Numbered from the stretch's first letter, positions 30,530 to 40,068 are shown. The stretch: DNA of 64,000 nt from Candidatus Woesebacteria bacterium (GCA_013374835.1 CP055307.1:74447-138446); one strand, 5' to 3'. Notes: a model not told the origin generated them from the letters alone. Program-made: numbers and translations.

Positions 30530-30964
30530 ATGCATATTTTCAATAAGCGCGCAAAAAGAAACTATAAAATTCTTGAAACCATAACAGCAGGCATCGTACT
30601 TACCGGAGAAGAAGTAAAATCAGCGCGTACAAACAAAGTAAATCTTGATCAATCCTTTGCAAAAATCATAAACAACGAAGTATTTCTAATTAACGCAGTA
30701 ATCACCACCAAAAATCAGCAATCAAAATCAAAAAAACTGCTCCTTAATAAAAAGGAGATAATTTCCCTCAAAACAAAAATTAAGTCTCACAATTTGACTT
30801 TAATACCCCTAAAAATGTATACTAGGGGACCCTTAATCAAGCTGGAAATAGGCTTAGGAAAAACAAAAAGGAAATTCGAGAAACGCGAATCTCTTAAAAA
30901 AAGAGATATTCAAAGGGATATCGAAAGGGAACTAAAAATTAAAGGGGACGATACAAGGATTTGA
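30530..30964 (+). CDS. smpB: SsrA-binding protein
   Basis: NKRAKRNY...AGIVLTGEEVKS...KLLLNKKEI...LTLIPLKMY...IKLEIGLGK.KRKFEKRE. Confidence 0.96.
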   Translation: MHIFNKRAKRNYKILETITAGIVLTGEEVKSARTNKVNLDQSFAKIINNEVFLINAVITTKNQQSKSKKLLLNKKEIISLKTKIKSHNLTLIPLKMYTRGPLIKLEIGLGKTKRKFEKRESLKKRDIQRDIERELKIKGDDTRI

Positions 30965-31331
30965 CGGAAATGTACTTTAAAAAACTGCAAGTCGAGTTTG
31001 ATCCACACTCGAACCCGAAATCATCGGGATAAAAGGGATTAAAATAAAAAGTGCAGATAAACAAAGCACTCCGGCTTACGCTGGCAATTACGCCTTCGCG
31101 TAATGCAGGTGTCTAAAGGAATTAGCTTCTGGGCCTAACCTTTAGGCATAAAACAGCCTAGATGCGCTGTGAGATCCGGCCGAATCTCATTCTGCAAAGA
31201 AAATAGGCCTTATTCTACACCATCCCGCCGGTTGGTAAGGCGTAGAAAAAACTTTTCAAATCCGGCTAAACTTGTAGATGTTTTTTAGAGTAATTTCACG
31301 GACGAGGGTTCGATTCCCTCCGTCTCCACCA
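30944..31331 (+). ncRNA. ssrA: tmRNA, tag peptide (A)ADKQSTPAYAGNYAFA
   Basis: 5' GGGGACG...GGATTTGAC, 3' GGACGAGGGTTCGATTCCCTCCGTCTCCACCA with a G3-U pair. Tag frame 31053-31103 ends YAFA*. Confidence 0.95.
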
Positions 31332-31352
31332 AACCCGCACTCTTTATACTCT

Positions 31353-33236
31353 CTAGTTAATATGTTTCAACTCAATCTCCCAAAGCTTACTGTCTGCCAA
31401 AAACACCATCTTTCTCTCCCCCTCTGAAATAACAAAATAATTCGAATCACCAAGCTTTTGGCTCAAATACTCTCCAAAATACTTTCCCGACTTATCAAAA
31501 ACAACCACTCTTCTACTTTCTCTATCAAGCAAATATAAATAATCAAGCTCCTCAGAAGTAAACAAGCTGTCAAACACCACATCCTCGGATCCCAAAAATT
31601 CCAAAGAAAAATTCTGCGGCGAACCTAAAGAGTACTTTCTCACCCTGCCGTCATTAGTCAAAATCCATATTGATCCGTCAATCGCCCAAGAAGTCGCTCC
31701 CTTTAGTAAGCTCTCACTCGCTCCCGAAACAAGCCATTCCTGCTTTTCGGAAAATCCAAGCCGTACACCAGGATAGCGCCAAATAACACCCGCTTGTTTA
31801 TCCAAAACATACATATTCCCTCCAAAAGCTCCAATCAAAACACTTCGAGGATCCCAACTATCCGGCTTAATTATCAACTCCACCTCATCACCCACTTCAC
31901 GGATTCCATCTAAAGACAATACAAAACTCCTCTTTAAGTAATTAGTCGCATCAATTGCGTCAGATAAATAATCCGGTCCAGCAATAACTTCTGTACGCTT
32001 GGTCGCCAAATCTACACCCACAAGCCTTTTTCCTTTTGTATCCAACACAATCATCCGTCCACCCGACATCTTAAGAAGATCGCCATAATAACCACTTGAT
32101 ACAAGAGTTAAATCAAGAAAAAGCCTAGCCTCTTGTTCATAAATTCCCGCTATCCTTCCTATATTTCCGTTTATATCCAAAATAAGCTTTTCAAGCCTAT
32201 CATCCTCCACCCCTTCATCTTTTAATGCATTGCTCAACTCTCTTGAACTCATCACAAGCTCACGGGCTCTGTTTCTATCAATTTCAAAAAGGCTCTCCGC
32301 CTCCTGATATTCATGGATCGCCCGATCAAGGCGTGCCTCATAATTTTCCCGATAAATCCGCTCTTGTCTTTGCTTTACACCAAAAACAATACTCACAGCC
32401 AAAAGAAAAAGCAAAATCACTCCCACCAACGGGGCGTTCTTCCTTTTACTTTTAGTCTCATAATCCAAAGTATCAGAAGTTATCGATATTTTCCTTTCGG
32501 AAATTCTTGAAATTAACTTATCAATTAGTCGAACAATTCTGTTTCGAAACCCTCCCGTCGATTTTACCCCTTTTATCTTAAATCCAAGCTTTTCAACGCC
32601 ACCATCTTCACCACCAACTTTTACAACCAAAACCCCCATTCTGTAAAAATCGGATTTTTCATGAACAAGAGGAGCAAAAGTCTCAACAAAATAATTCAGA
32701 TCTCTATTCTCAAGAGCTGCTTTTATCATCCCCTCGCCAAATTCTCTACAAAACACATTAGTACACGCAAATATCCTATCTCCTGAAACCAGTCTTCCCG
32801 ATGCGGTTTTAATACCCACCTCATTTTTAACTATTGGTATCATTAAACCTCTTCTATACAAATAAAAGCTACATTCTCCCCAAACACTCAAATAAACCAA
32901 ATCCCCTGTCACAAAAAACACACACCCACCAAGCCCTGCCGCCTTTTGTAAATATTCATCAATTACTCTCTCCACAGCCTGCTTTAAAGAAGAAAACACA
33001 CCCACATCTTCATTTTTGCTGTTTGAATAAAAATAATTTTGAATCTTGGAAAAAATTTCCTTTCCGGTCGTTAGCTGCAAAGAAATATTGTCCCCATGGC
33101 TTTTCCCCCCAAGAAGAGCATAAAGCCTACCCCGCACCCAAACATCATCGTTCTCGGGAACATATTCATAAATCTGCGTCCAACCCCGCTCATCCGGATT
33201 TCCCACAACCTTAACTGAAGTCAGCTTTAAATCCAT
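31353..33236 (-). CDS. Conserved CPR membrane protein: PP2C-like N-domain, TM, helical stalk, beta-propeller-like C-domain
   Basis: ASGRLVSGDRIFACT PP2C-like segment, one TM helix near aa 270, repeated YVLD/AIDG.IWIL/LYLLD blades. Confidence 0.6.
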   Translation of the reverse strand: MDLKLTSVKVVGNPDERGWTQIYEYVPENDDVWVRGRLYALLGGKSHGDNISLQLTTGKEIFSKIQNYFYSNSKNEDVGVFSSLKQAVERVIDEYLQKAAGLGGCVFFVTGDLVYLSVWGECSFYLYRRGLMIPIVKNEVGIKTASGRLVSGDRIFACTNVFCREFGEGMIKAALENRDLNYFVETFAPLVHEKSDFYRMGVLVVKVGGEDGGVEKLGFKIKGVKSTGGFRNRIVRLIDKLISRISERKISITSDTLDYETKSKRKNAPLVGVILLFLLAVSIVFGVKQRQERIYRENYEARLDRAIHEYQEAESLFEIDRNRARELVMSSRELSNALKDEGVEDDRLEKLILDINGNIGRIAGIYEQEARLFLDLTLVSSGYYGDLLKMSGGRMIVLDTKGKRLVGVDLATKRTEVIAGPDYLSDAIDATNYLKRSFVLSLDGIREVGDEVELIIKPDSWDPRSVLIGAFGGNMYVLDKQAGVIWRYPGVRLGFSEKQEWLVSGASESLLKGATSWAIDGSIWILTNDGRVRKYSLGSPQNFSLEFLGSEDVVFDSLFTSEELDYLYLLDRESRRVVVFDKSGKYFGEYLSQKLGDSNYFVISEGERKMVFLADSKLWEIELKHIN

Positions 33237-33254
33237 GTTTCGGCCAACACCTAC

Positions 33255-33500
33255 TTACAGTATAACGAAAGCCGCAACAAAAGTACCCAAAGCAAATAGC
33301 ATATGAAGCCATGCAAAAACTTTTATCACCCCTTCAAACCCTATTTCCAAAGTATCCGTCATATGCTTTGTCTGCCTTATAATCACACCAGCAAAAACCA
33401 AATAAACAAAAAGCCCAATTATAACTATCGCTTTTGCCGTTAGCCAAAAAGCAGGATCAAGCTCTGAAAAATCAATATTGCCAAAATTAAAATCAATCAT
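33255..33500 (-). CDS. Small two-TM membrane protein (DUF5657-like)
   Basis: K...IIGLFVYLVFAGVIIRQ.K.M..TL pattern. Confidence 0.65.
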   Translation of the reverse strand: MIDFNFGNIDFSELDPAFWLTAKAIVIIGLFVYLVFAGVIIRQTKHMTDTLEIGFEGVIKVFAWLHMLFALGTFVAAFVIL

Positions 33501-34168
33501 CTTGTCCTCCCTTCAAGCCTTTCTTGTTCTTCCTCTATTCTAAGCTCCCTGATTATACGGGCAACATCATCCGGCCTGGGAACCGCTAAAAACTCGATTC
33601 TTGGCACCTCTGACGCAGTTTGTATAACGACATCTCCATAATTAAACATCGTCCGAAGTACACCCCCAACCTGTACGGTTACATCTTGAATCTGATCAAT
33701 ATTTGCATCGGTTATTTCCCTATAAATAAGATTAACAAAATCGACATCAAATATGCGCTCATCAGTAATAATATTAACGTTAAAGTACCACCCCAAAAAC
33801 TCTTCAATAATAAAAGCCAGAGTAATCATATACCAAATCAAAAAAACAATAAGTTGAAAATTAGTTGGAAGCGCCACAACAGGCTCCACAAAACTTAAAA
33901 CAAAAGGCGCAAGAAGCATAAAAAACGCGACAACGCCCCATCTAATATTTGTAATAGGATGACGCCTTAAAATAAGAATTATTCTTTCCTTCGAATCAGC
34001 AGCTATAAACTTCACACGATCAGGATAATAATTAAACGCAGCTATCGGATTGTGGGTATTCTTATAAATCTTGTGCTTCACCTTACCGCGAGACTTATAC
34101 TTTTGCTCTTTCTTCTCTTTTTTTAAATTCGTCTTTCCCGAAACATAAACATCAACCATATTTAGCAT
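33497..34168 (-). CDS. Bacterial PH-domain (bPH_2) membrane protein
   Basis: LRRHP, two TM helices, IITDERIFD...IQDVTV...FNYGDVVIQTA. Confidence 0.85.
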   Translation of the reverse strand: MLNMVDVYVSGKTNLKKEKKEQKYKSRGKVKHKIYKNTHNPIAAFNYYPDRVKFIAADSKERIILILRRHPITNIRWGVVAFFMLLAPFVLSFVEPVVALPTNFQLIVFLIWYMITLAFIIEEFLGWYFNVNIITDERIFDVDFVNLIYREITDANIDQIQDVTVQVGGVLRTMFNYGDVVIQTASEVPRIEFLAVPRPDDVARIIRELRIEEEQERLEGRTR

Positions 34169-34198
34169 GATTATACCATGCTAAACCCAACAAAATTT

Positions 34199-35884
34199 TT
34201 AAAGCCTTTCAATATTAAAAAGGCTGCTCTTAAGACCGATATATCCCGGAGCCCTAAGGTTAAAAGCTCTTTTAAGCTCTGCTCCGTCAATATTTATCGT
34301 TCCCTTGTTTGTACTAAAAGAAACAGAAGCAGTATAGCCCTCATTCGAATAAACAACGCTTACACCACTCACACTCGTATATCCGCCAATCGAGGAAAGC
34401 TCAGACATGGAATAAGGATTCCCACCCCAGCAGCCCGTATCAATTGGAGAAACGCGTGTTACATCCCCGCCGCCTCTATACAATACATGCCATGCATTAA
34501 TTATATCCGCCATCTCAACACCCGTCAGCCAAGGATTACTCCTTCCGCACGAGGCACCGCTTCGACTTTTATACCACCCCTTATAAAACCATGGACTACC
34601 GGCAATTTTTTCATAAGCACCGTCAGGCCAATTACCAAAAGTATCTTTAATACCACTCCAACCCCACTGGCTTATGGTAAACCCACCGGAAGTCGAAGCA
34701 TAATAAGTTTTTGCTGGACCCCCATCCTTAATAAGCACCCATCCACGAGTATCCCGAACGGCCTGTGCCCATTTTCCGCTTTTAAGCTGAGGCTTATAAA
34801 CCTGGCAAGATTCTGTCGCGCATATACTACCAGTGCCGTTATTTGTCACAGCCAAAGCATATGTCCTAGCAGCCACAGCTTGAGCCTTCAAAGCCTCATA
34901 TCCGCCATTATCTCCCCAGCTCTCAGGTACTTCGTAAATCCCAAGCAAATAATTATCTTCAAAAGGTATCGTTCCATAACCCAAAACATTTATAGTAGAA
35001 GGTACGGAATAACCCTTATTCAAGCTTGCTCCTTGATAATAAGCGGAAAGGATTGTTTCAACACTCTGGCCCGACTTCGCCCTACCATAAGCTCCATACT
35101 GGCTCATACCCGTTCTGTGGGGCGCCCCAAAAGAAAACCCGCCAAAAGCAGGCCTAAACCCAGGGTCACAAAAGTTGCTCGATCCAGGCGGTCCACTGCA
35201 GGGCTCCAAAGTAGGTGGAGTATCTCCTATAGACGTCTGAAAACCCGCCTCTTTTAAAGCAATAAGGCTTTGCTGCTTGGAAGATAGTGTTGTCAAATAA
35301 TTTTCAACCTTTTCAACCTCCGCCCCTAAAAACTTTGCCCTTCCGTCAATTTGCACCTGAACAGAGGCAAGACTTGCCCTGTTTTTCTCCAAAGCATCTT
35401 TATCCGTCTTTAGCTTTGAGAGACTATCCGCAAGCTCCTCCATGGTCAGCCTATCCTGATCAGCAGCCTTCTGTCTCAAAACTATCTCACGAAAAGCATT
35501 CGAAGCACTCTCAGAAGAAAAAAACGGCAAAAGCGGATCATAAGTTCTCAAAAATCGGTAGTGATTATTAGTTTTTACATTAAAAACCTCCCTAGCATAA
35601 GCTAAATCTTCTTCCCTCTGTCTTATCTCAACCTCCACACGATCAAGCTGGTTTGAAATTCCGGCAATCTGGTTCTTCAAACTGGTTAGTTGTCTATTCA
35701 AGTCAGATAGCTCTTTTTTATTATTCTCATGCGCCGGAGTTAAAGCATCAATCTCACCTTGAATTTTAGATAAACAGTAATCAATCTCACCATAAGTAGG
35801 GTTATTACAATCAGGCTCAGCCAAACTTCTCCATGGTACAAAAAATAAAAACAACACAAAAAATATACTTAAAACTTTCTTCAT
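34199..35884 (-). CDS. Secreted coiled-coil protein with SpoIID/LytB lytic transglycosylase domain
   Basis: Signal peptide, long coiled coil, H..GMSQYGA.G.A..G.....IL..YY, EVPESW...EALKAQAVAARTYAL, CQVY. Confidence 0.88.
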   Translation of the reverse strand: MKKVLSIFFVLFLFFVPWRSLAEPDCNNPTYGEIDYCLSKIQGEIDALTPAHENNKKELSDLNRQLTSLKNQIAGISNQLDRVEVEIRQREEDLAYAREVFNVKTNNHYRFLRTYDPLLPFFSSESASNAFREIVLRQKAADQDRLTMEELADSLSKLKTDKDALEKNRASLASVQVQIDGRAKFLGAEVEKVENYLTTLSSKQQSLIALKEAGFQTSIGDTPPTLEPCSGPPGSSNFCDPGFRPAFGGFSFGAPHRTGMSQYGAYGRAKSGQSVETILSAYYQGASLNKGYSVPSTINVLGYGTIPFEDNYLLGIYEVPESWGDNGGYEALKAQAVAARTYALAVTNNGTGSICATESCQVYKPQLKSGKWAQAVRDTRGWVLIKDGGPAKTYYASTSGGFTISQWGWSGIKDTFGNWPDGAYEKIAGSPWFYKGWYKSRSGASCGRSNPWLTGVEMADIINAWHVLYRGGGDVTRVSPIDTGCWGGNPYSMSELSSIGGYTSVSGVSVVYSNEGYTASVSFSTNKGTINIDGAELKRAFNLRAPGYIGLKSSLFNIERL

Positions 35885-35941
35885 ATACTATTTATTCCTT
35901 CCTAATAATTATACCAAGCAATTTCATGTTAAAATCTAATT

Positions 35942-36673
35942 ATGAAGTTCAAATTGTCTTTTCTGTTTTTGTTAACAATATTCATTTCACTCCAATCACC
36001 CAAACAAATCAACGCCCAAAACTCTTATGAATGTGCGTGGGAAGAAAGAAACGGCGTCAGCTCATGCATAATAAGCGAACATCAAGTTACCTGCGAAGAA
36101 GGCTTTTATGCAGGGGATGCTTGTGACAACATTCTAAACAAAGAAGAGTGCCTAGACGCAAAGTGGGCATGCAACCAAATCGAACCCGATCAAAATCGCC
36201 ACACATGTGTTTATACTGACACCCTAGGCTGCAGACCCACAAATACTTGTGTCTACGGCTACACTCCAAGCAATGCATGCGAAGGTTTAAACAAAGATGA
36301 GTGCTTAAACGTAAGCCCTCAATCTTGCGTTCTTAAAACAAAACCTATTATCCGCGCAAAAGAAAAACTAATTTGTATCACAAACGAGGGTACGGAGGGA
36401 ATAAACTCAGCAATCGGATGCATCTCAATCTCAAATGAAAACGAAAATCTTATCTTTCTATTAACATGGGCCGGCGGAATTTTGGGGGGCGTAGGAATTA
36501 TCTTAATTATCTATGGAGGGTTTTTAATCATGTCGTCGCAAGGAGACAGAAACAAAGCAGCCCTGGGAAAAGAAGTAATATTTTCAGCCGTTATGGGGAT
36601 CGTTTTTATCATAATATCAGCCTTTCTTTTAAGAACACTCGGAGCTGATATACTAAATCTACCCGATTTTTAA
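35942..36673 (+). CDS. VirB2/TrbC-like pilin 1 with two 6-Cys N-terminal repeats
   Basis: Signal peptide, Cys-rich region, GINSAIGCI, then TM-MSSQGDRNKAALGKE-TM pilin core. Confidence 0.75.
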   Translation: MKFKLSFLFLLTIFISLQSPKQINAQNSYECAWEERNGVSSCIISEHQVTCEEGFYAGDACDNILNKEECLDAKWACNQIEPDQNRHTCVYTDTLGCRPTNTCVYGYTPSNACEGLNKDECLNVSPQSCVLKTKPIIRAKEKLICITNEGTEGINSAIGCISISNENENLIFLLTWAGGILGGVGIILIIYGGFLIMSSQGDRNKAALGKEVIFSAVMGIVFIIISAFLLRTLGADILNLPDF

Positions 36674-36677
36674 AGCC

Positions 36678-37088
36678 ATGAAAAAAATTTTTCTTGCTTT
36701 TATATTTTTCAATCTACTTTTTTTTGTAAACAGCAACAGAGTTTTCGCCGCTCTTCCCGACCCCGAACTGGAATTTACCGTTAGAGAAAACCTAAAATGC
36801 CAAGGGGGAACGGGAATAAATACAGCAATAGGGTGCGTTCCGATTAACAACGAAGAAGCCCTGCTCGAATTCCTCCTTAGATGGTTTATCGGAATTGCAG
36901 GAGCAATAGCAATATCCCTAATTGTCTATGCAGGTATCCAAATAATGACCTCTTCAGGAAATCCTGAAAAGGTAGGTGCAGGAAAACAACTTCTCACCGC
37001 AGCCGTCGGAGGAATTGTATTTTTAATCTTTTCGGTTTTTATCCTAAGACTCTTTGGAGTCGAAATTCTTAAACTGCCGGGATTTTAG
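36678..37088 (+). CDS. VirB2/TrbC-like pilin 2
   Basis: Signal peptide, GINTAIGCVP, TM-MTSSGNPEKVGAGKQLLTAA-TM. Confidence 0.8.
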   Translation: MKKIFLAFIFFNLLFFVNSNRVFAALPDPELEFTVRENLKCQGGTGINTAIGCVPINNEEALLEFLLRWFIGIAGAIAISLIVYAGIQIMTSSGNPEKVGAGKQLLTAAVGGIVFLIFSVFILRLFGVEILKLPGF

Positions 37089-37091
37089 TTA

Positions 37092-37847
37092 ATGCTAAAA
37101 AAAATATTTCTTATAGTAACAATCCTTATTGCTACATTAATTTTATTCCATAAAAAATCGCAGGCACAACCCCCATCCCCAGGTTATTATACCTGTTTCT
37201 GGAATGAAAAGACCGATCCGCCAACATGCACACTATATCCCACAAACTCTTGCGCCGAAGGCTTTACTGCAGGCGATTGTAGCCTGCTTTCGCCCGCTGA
37301 TTGTGGAGTTTCAAGCGAACACCCATGTATTCCAGGAAATTCTGTATGTGGGCTTGTTGAAGGACAGACTTGTTGCCCTGGATTCGCGTGTGGCACACAT
37401 CTCTACTGTGATATGAATAGTCTTACTTGTAAAACCTGTGGTATCATCGGTAACAAATGCTGCATACCAGGCCCACCGGATAAATACTGCAGAGAGGGCG
37501 CGGAATGCAATCTATCTACAAATATTTGCGAGGAAATAGTTTTAGAACCGGACGAATCCCTCCACTGTCAAAATAACGAAATAAACACAGCCATAGGTTG
37601 TATATCAATCTCAGACATAGACGAGTTTATCTCTCAAATCCTCATTTGGTCCCTTGGAATAGCGGGGGGAATCTTTCTCATTCTCACTATATACTCAGGA
37701 TTGCTGATTATGACATCCCAAGGAGATCCAAGAAAATACAAACTCGGAAACGAAATACTCCTATCAGCCGTTTCAGGCCTTATAATGCTTGTTTTTTCAA
37801 TATTTCTCCTTAGATTCTTGGGGGTAGATATCCTAAAAATTCTTTAA
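37092..37847 (+). CDS. VirB2/TrbC-like pilin 3 with Cys-rich N-terminal modules
   Basis: Signal peptide, about 20 Cys, INTAIGCI, TM-MTSQGDPRKYKLGNE-TM. Confidence 0.75.
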   Translation: MLKKIFLIVTILIATLILFHKKSQAQPPSPGYYTCFWNEKTDPPTCTLYPTNSCAEGFTAGDCSLLSPADCGVSSEHPCIPGNSVCGLVEGQTCCPGFACGTHLYCDMNSLTCKTCGIIGNKCCIPGPPDKYCREGAECNLSTNICEEIVLEPDESLHCQNNEINTAIGCISISDIDEFISQILIWSLGIAGGIFLILTIYSGLLIMTSQGDPRKYKLGNEILLSAVSGLIMLVFSIFLLRFLGVDILKIL

Positions 37848-37877
37848 TTTACAGTCACTTAATAGTAAAATAAAAGC

Positions 37878-38234
37878 ATGAGCAAAGTATACGCAATCGA
37901 ATGGAACGATCTAATCTCTCAAACAGCCCCGAATCTAAATCAAAACAGTACAATCGGATCTCTCTTTAGCGGCTCAGGCCGCTTCCCCGGTCTAATTATG
38001 TTTTTCTTCTTCATCTCGGGACTTGCACTTCTGATTTATCTTCTTTTCGGCGGTTTTACCCTCTTAACCTCAGGAGGAAACCCGGATAAAGTCGAAGCAG
38101 GAAAAAAAACGATCACCAACGCAGTCATCGGATTTATAATTATCTTTACAGCTTATTGGATAGTACAAATCGTAGGCCTTGTACTTGGGTTAGAATCTGT
38201 TTCTGAAATTTTTAGCCCACGCCCGCAACCATAA
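37878..38234 (+). CDS. VirB2/TrbC-like pilin 4
   Basis: TM-LTSGGNPDKVEAGKKTITNAVIG-TM. Confidence 0.82.
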   Translation: MSKVYAIEWNDLISQTAPNLNQNSTIGSLFSGSGRFPGLIMFFFFISGLALLIYLLFGGFTLLTSGGNPDKVEAGKKTITNAVIGFIIIFTAYWIVQIVGLVLGLESVSEIFSPRPQP

Positions 38235-38239
38235 TAACA

Positions 38240-38584
38240 ATGAACTATCTTGCACAAGTAAACATAGCAGAAGAATTCGGCTCCCCCTGGGGAACACAAG
38301 GAGGCCTCCATTTGGGCGACCTGGCAGGCCTTATTCTATCCACCTCGCTCGCAATCGCATCCGTAATAGTAATACTTCTTTTTATCTTTGGCGGGCTTAA
38401 AATTATTACAAGCGCAGGTGCAGACAACCCAAGAGGTACGGCGGACGGAAAACAAGCAATGACATGGGCGGCAATAGGATTTATAATTATATTCGGAGCA
38501 TACTGGATTATAAGAATTATCGAAATTATCATTGGAGTAGATTTTCTAACAAATCCTGTAAGCCTGTTTGGATATGGAGGTTAA
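38240..38584 (+). CDS. VirB2/TrbC-like pilin 5
   Basis: TM-ITSAGADNPRGTADGKQAMTWAAIG-TM. Confidence 0.8.
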   Translation: MNYLAQVNIAEEFGSPWGTQGGLHLGDLAGLILSTSLAIASVIVILLFIFGGLKIITSAGADNPRGTADGKQAMTWAAIGFIIIFGAYWIIRIIEIIIGVDFLTNPVSLFGYGG

Positions 38585-38588
38585 CTAA

Positions 38589-38924
38589 ATGCTACAAGTA
38601 ATAGGAGAAATAAACCCACCGGCGCACATTGTAGGCTTTGGCACAGTCGAAGGTGGAGCACTAGGAGAACTTCTACAGCTTATCTTTAGCATCTTAATCA
38701 TCGCGGGAGGCATATACGCCCTTTTTAACTTTATAATCGCCGGCTATGCCTTTCTTTCCGCCGGCGACGACCCCCAAAAAGCCAGCAACGCATGGAAAAA
38801 AATATACCAAACCATAATAGGCTTAGTTTTCCTTGTCGGCTCATTCCTTTTAGCAGCCATCGTAGGATTACTATTATTCAACGACGCAAAAGCCCTACTT
38901 ACGCCCACAATACCAACGCCATGA
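38589..38924 (+). CDS. VirB2/TrbC-like pilin 6
   Basis: TM-LSAGDDPQKASNAWKKIYQTIIG-TM. Confidence 0.8.
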   Translation: MLQVIGEINPPAHIVGFGTVEGGALGELLQLIFSILIIAGGIYALFNFIIAGYAFLSAGDDPQKASNAWKKIYQTIIGLVFLVGSFLLAAIVGLLLFNDAKALLTPTIPTP

Positions 38925-39283
38925 ACAAGCTATCACAAATCAACCTATTTCCAGACGGAGGTTTTACCGGCCCGGGCACAGGGCCCCTTGCCGATCCAAG
39001 CGCAGATCCCGCATCAACGCTTGACACGCTCCTTTCTACAATAATTGGCGTAATGACGGCAATAGCCTTTATCTGGTTTACGTTCCAAGTTTTTATCGCG
39101 GCAATATCCTGGATTACATCAGGAGGAGACAAGGCAAGGCTCGAAGCTTCCAAAAAAAAGCTGGCAACAAGCCTCGTGGGATTAGTAATAGTAATATCGG
39201 CAATCTTTTTAATTCAACTTGTTGGCATAATATTTAATCTAGAATTTCTTGAAATACCCGTTCTTTTTGCTGTATTAACTTAA
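38921..39283 (+). CDS. VirB2/TrbC-like pilin 7
   Basis: Start moved to the ATG at 38921 (ATGA overlap with pilin 6). TM-WITSGGDKARLEASKKKLATSLVG-TM. Confidence 0.8.
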   Translation: MNKLSQINLFPDGGFTGPGTGPLADPSADPASTLDTLLSTIIGVMTAIAFIWFTFQVFIAAISWITSGGDKARLEASKKKLATSLVGLVIVISAIFLIQLVGIIFNLEFLEIPVLFAVLT

Positions 39284-39285
39284 AT

Positions 39286-39630
39286 ATGAACAACCACATT
39301 GCTGTCAACAACCCCATTCTTGGAAACTTAAACAGTTTCCTTACAGGAGGAGGTAGTCCAAATTATTTCAGCGCGCTTCTTTCTACCCTTGTAACAATCT
39401 TTCTGCTCGCAGGAGGGGTCGCTTTTCTTTTTATGTTTCTCATCGGAGGCATCGGATGGATTACAGCAGGCGGAGACAAAGCCAGGGTAGAAGAAGCAAG
39501 AACCAAACTCACAAACGCAGGTATAGGTTTGCTGGTCCTTTTGGCAATCTGGGCAATACTCACAGCGGTTGAGCAAATCTTTGGTATCAACATTACGTCA
39601 ATAGATATAGCAAGCCTGGTAATCAACTAA
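39286..39630 (+). CDS. VirB2/TrbC-like pilin 8
   Basis: TM-WITAGGDKARVEEARTKLTNAGIG-TM. Confidence 0.82.
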   Translation: MNNHIAVNNPILGNLNSFLTGGGSPNYFSALLSTLVTIFLLAGGVAFLFMFLIGGIGWITAGGDKARVEEARTKLTNAGIGLLVLLAIWAILTAVEQIFGINITSIDIASLVIN

Positions 39631-39632
39631 GC

Positions 39633-39687
39633 TTGACAACAAAGCCAGCAAACATCTAGCATTAAGTTATAATTTATAAGGAGGTGA
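39633..39687 (+). promoter_or_regulatory. Promoter and strong SD of pilin 9
   Basis: TTGACA at 39633, candidate -10 TAGCAT at 39657 (18-nt spacer) or TATAAT at 39668, SD AGGAGGTGA at 39679-39687. Confidence 0.65.
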
Positions 39688-39696
39688 AAAGTATTA

Positions 39697-40068
39697 ATGA
39701 ATTTTCTTTCAACAATTTTTGCCCAACAAGATACTACTGTCAACATTCAGCCCGAAGGTTTCGATGTTATAACAGGAGCGGATCTGGGAAGCTGGATTAG
39801 TTGGTTTGTAACAATAATCTTAATCGTTGCCGGCTTGCTCTTTTTCTTTATGCTGGTAATAGGAGGTATAAGATGGATCACCTCGGGTGGAGATAAAGGA
39901 AGCACCGAATCGGCAAGAAACCAAATCACAGCAGCCCTAATAGGCTTAATCATCGTCTTTGCCGCTTGGGCAATCGTATCCCTGCTTGGAAACGCCTTCG
40001 GCATTGAAATTTTCAATTTCACAATCCCAGGTCTTGGTAGCGGCGGCGGAGGTGGAACCATCAGCTAA
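39697..40068 (+). CDS. VirB2/TrbC-like pilin 9 (probable major pilin)
   Basis: TM-WITSGGDKGSTESARNQITAALIG-TM, Gly-rich tail, own promoter, SD and terminator. Confidence 0.85.
   Translation: MNFLSTIFAQQDTTVNIQPEGFDVITGADLGSWISWFVTIILIVAGLLFFFMLVIGGIRWITSGGDKGSTESARNQITAALIGLIIVFAAWAIVSLLGNAFGIEIFNFTIPGLGSGGGGGTIS

Noticed and set aside
34178-35257. 359-aa plus-strand ORF
   Set aside because: Antisense shadow of the well-supported SpoIID gene, with no recognisable motifs.
38792-38920. N-terminal extension of pilin 7
   Set aside because: It overlaps pilin 6 out of frame. The ATGA-coupled start at 38921 fits the array pattern.
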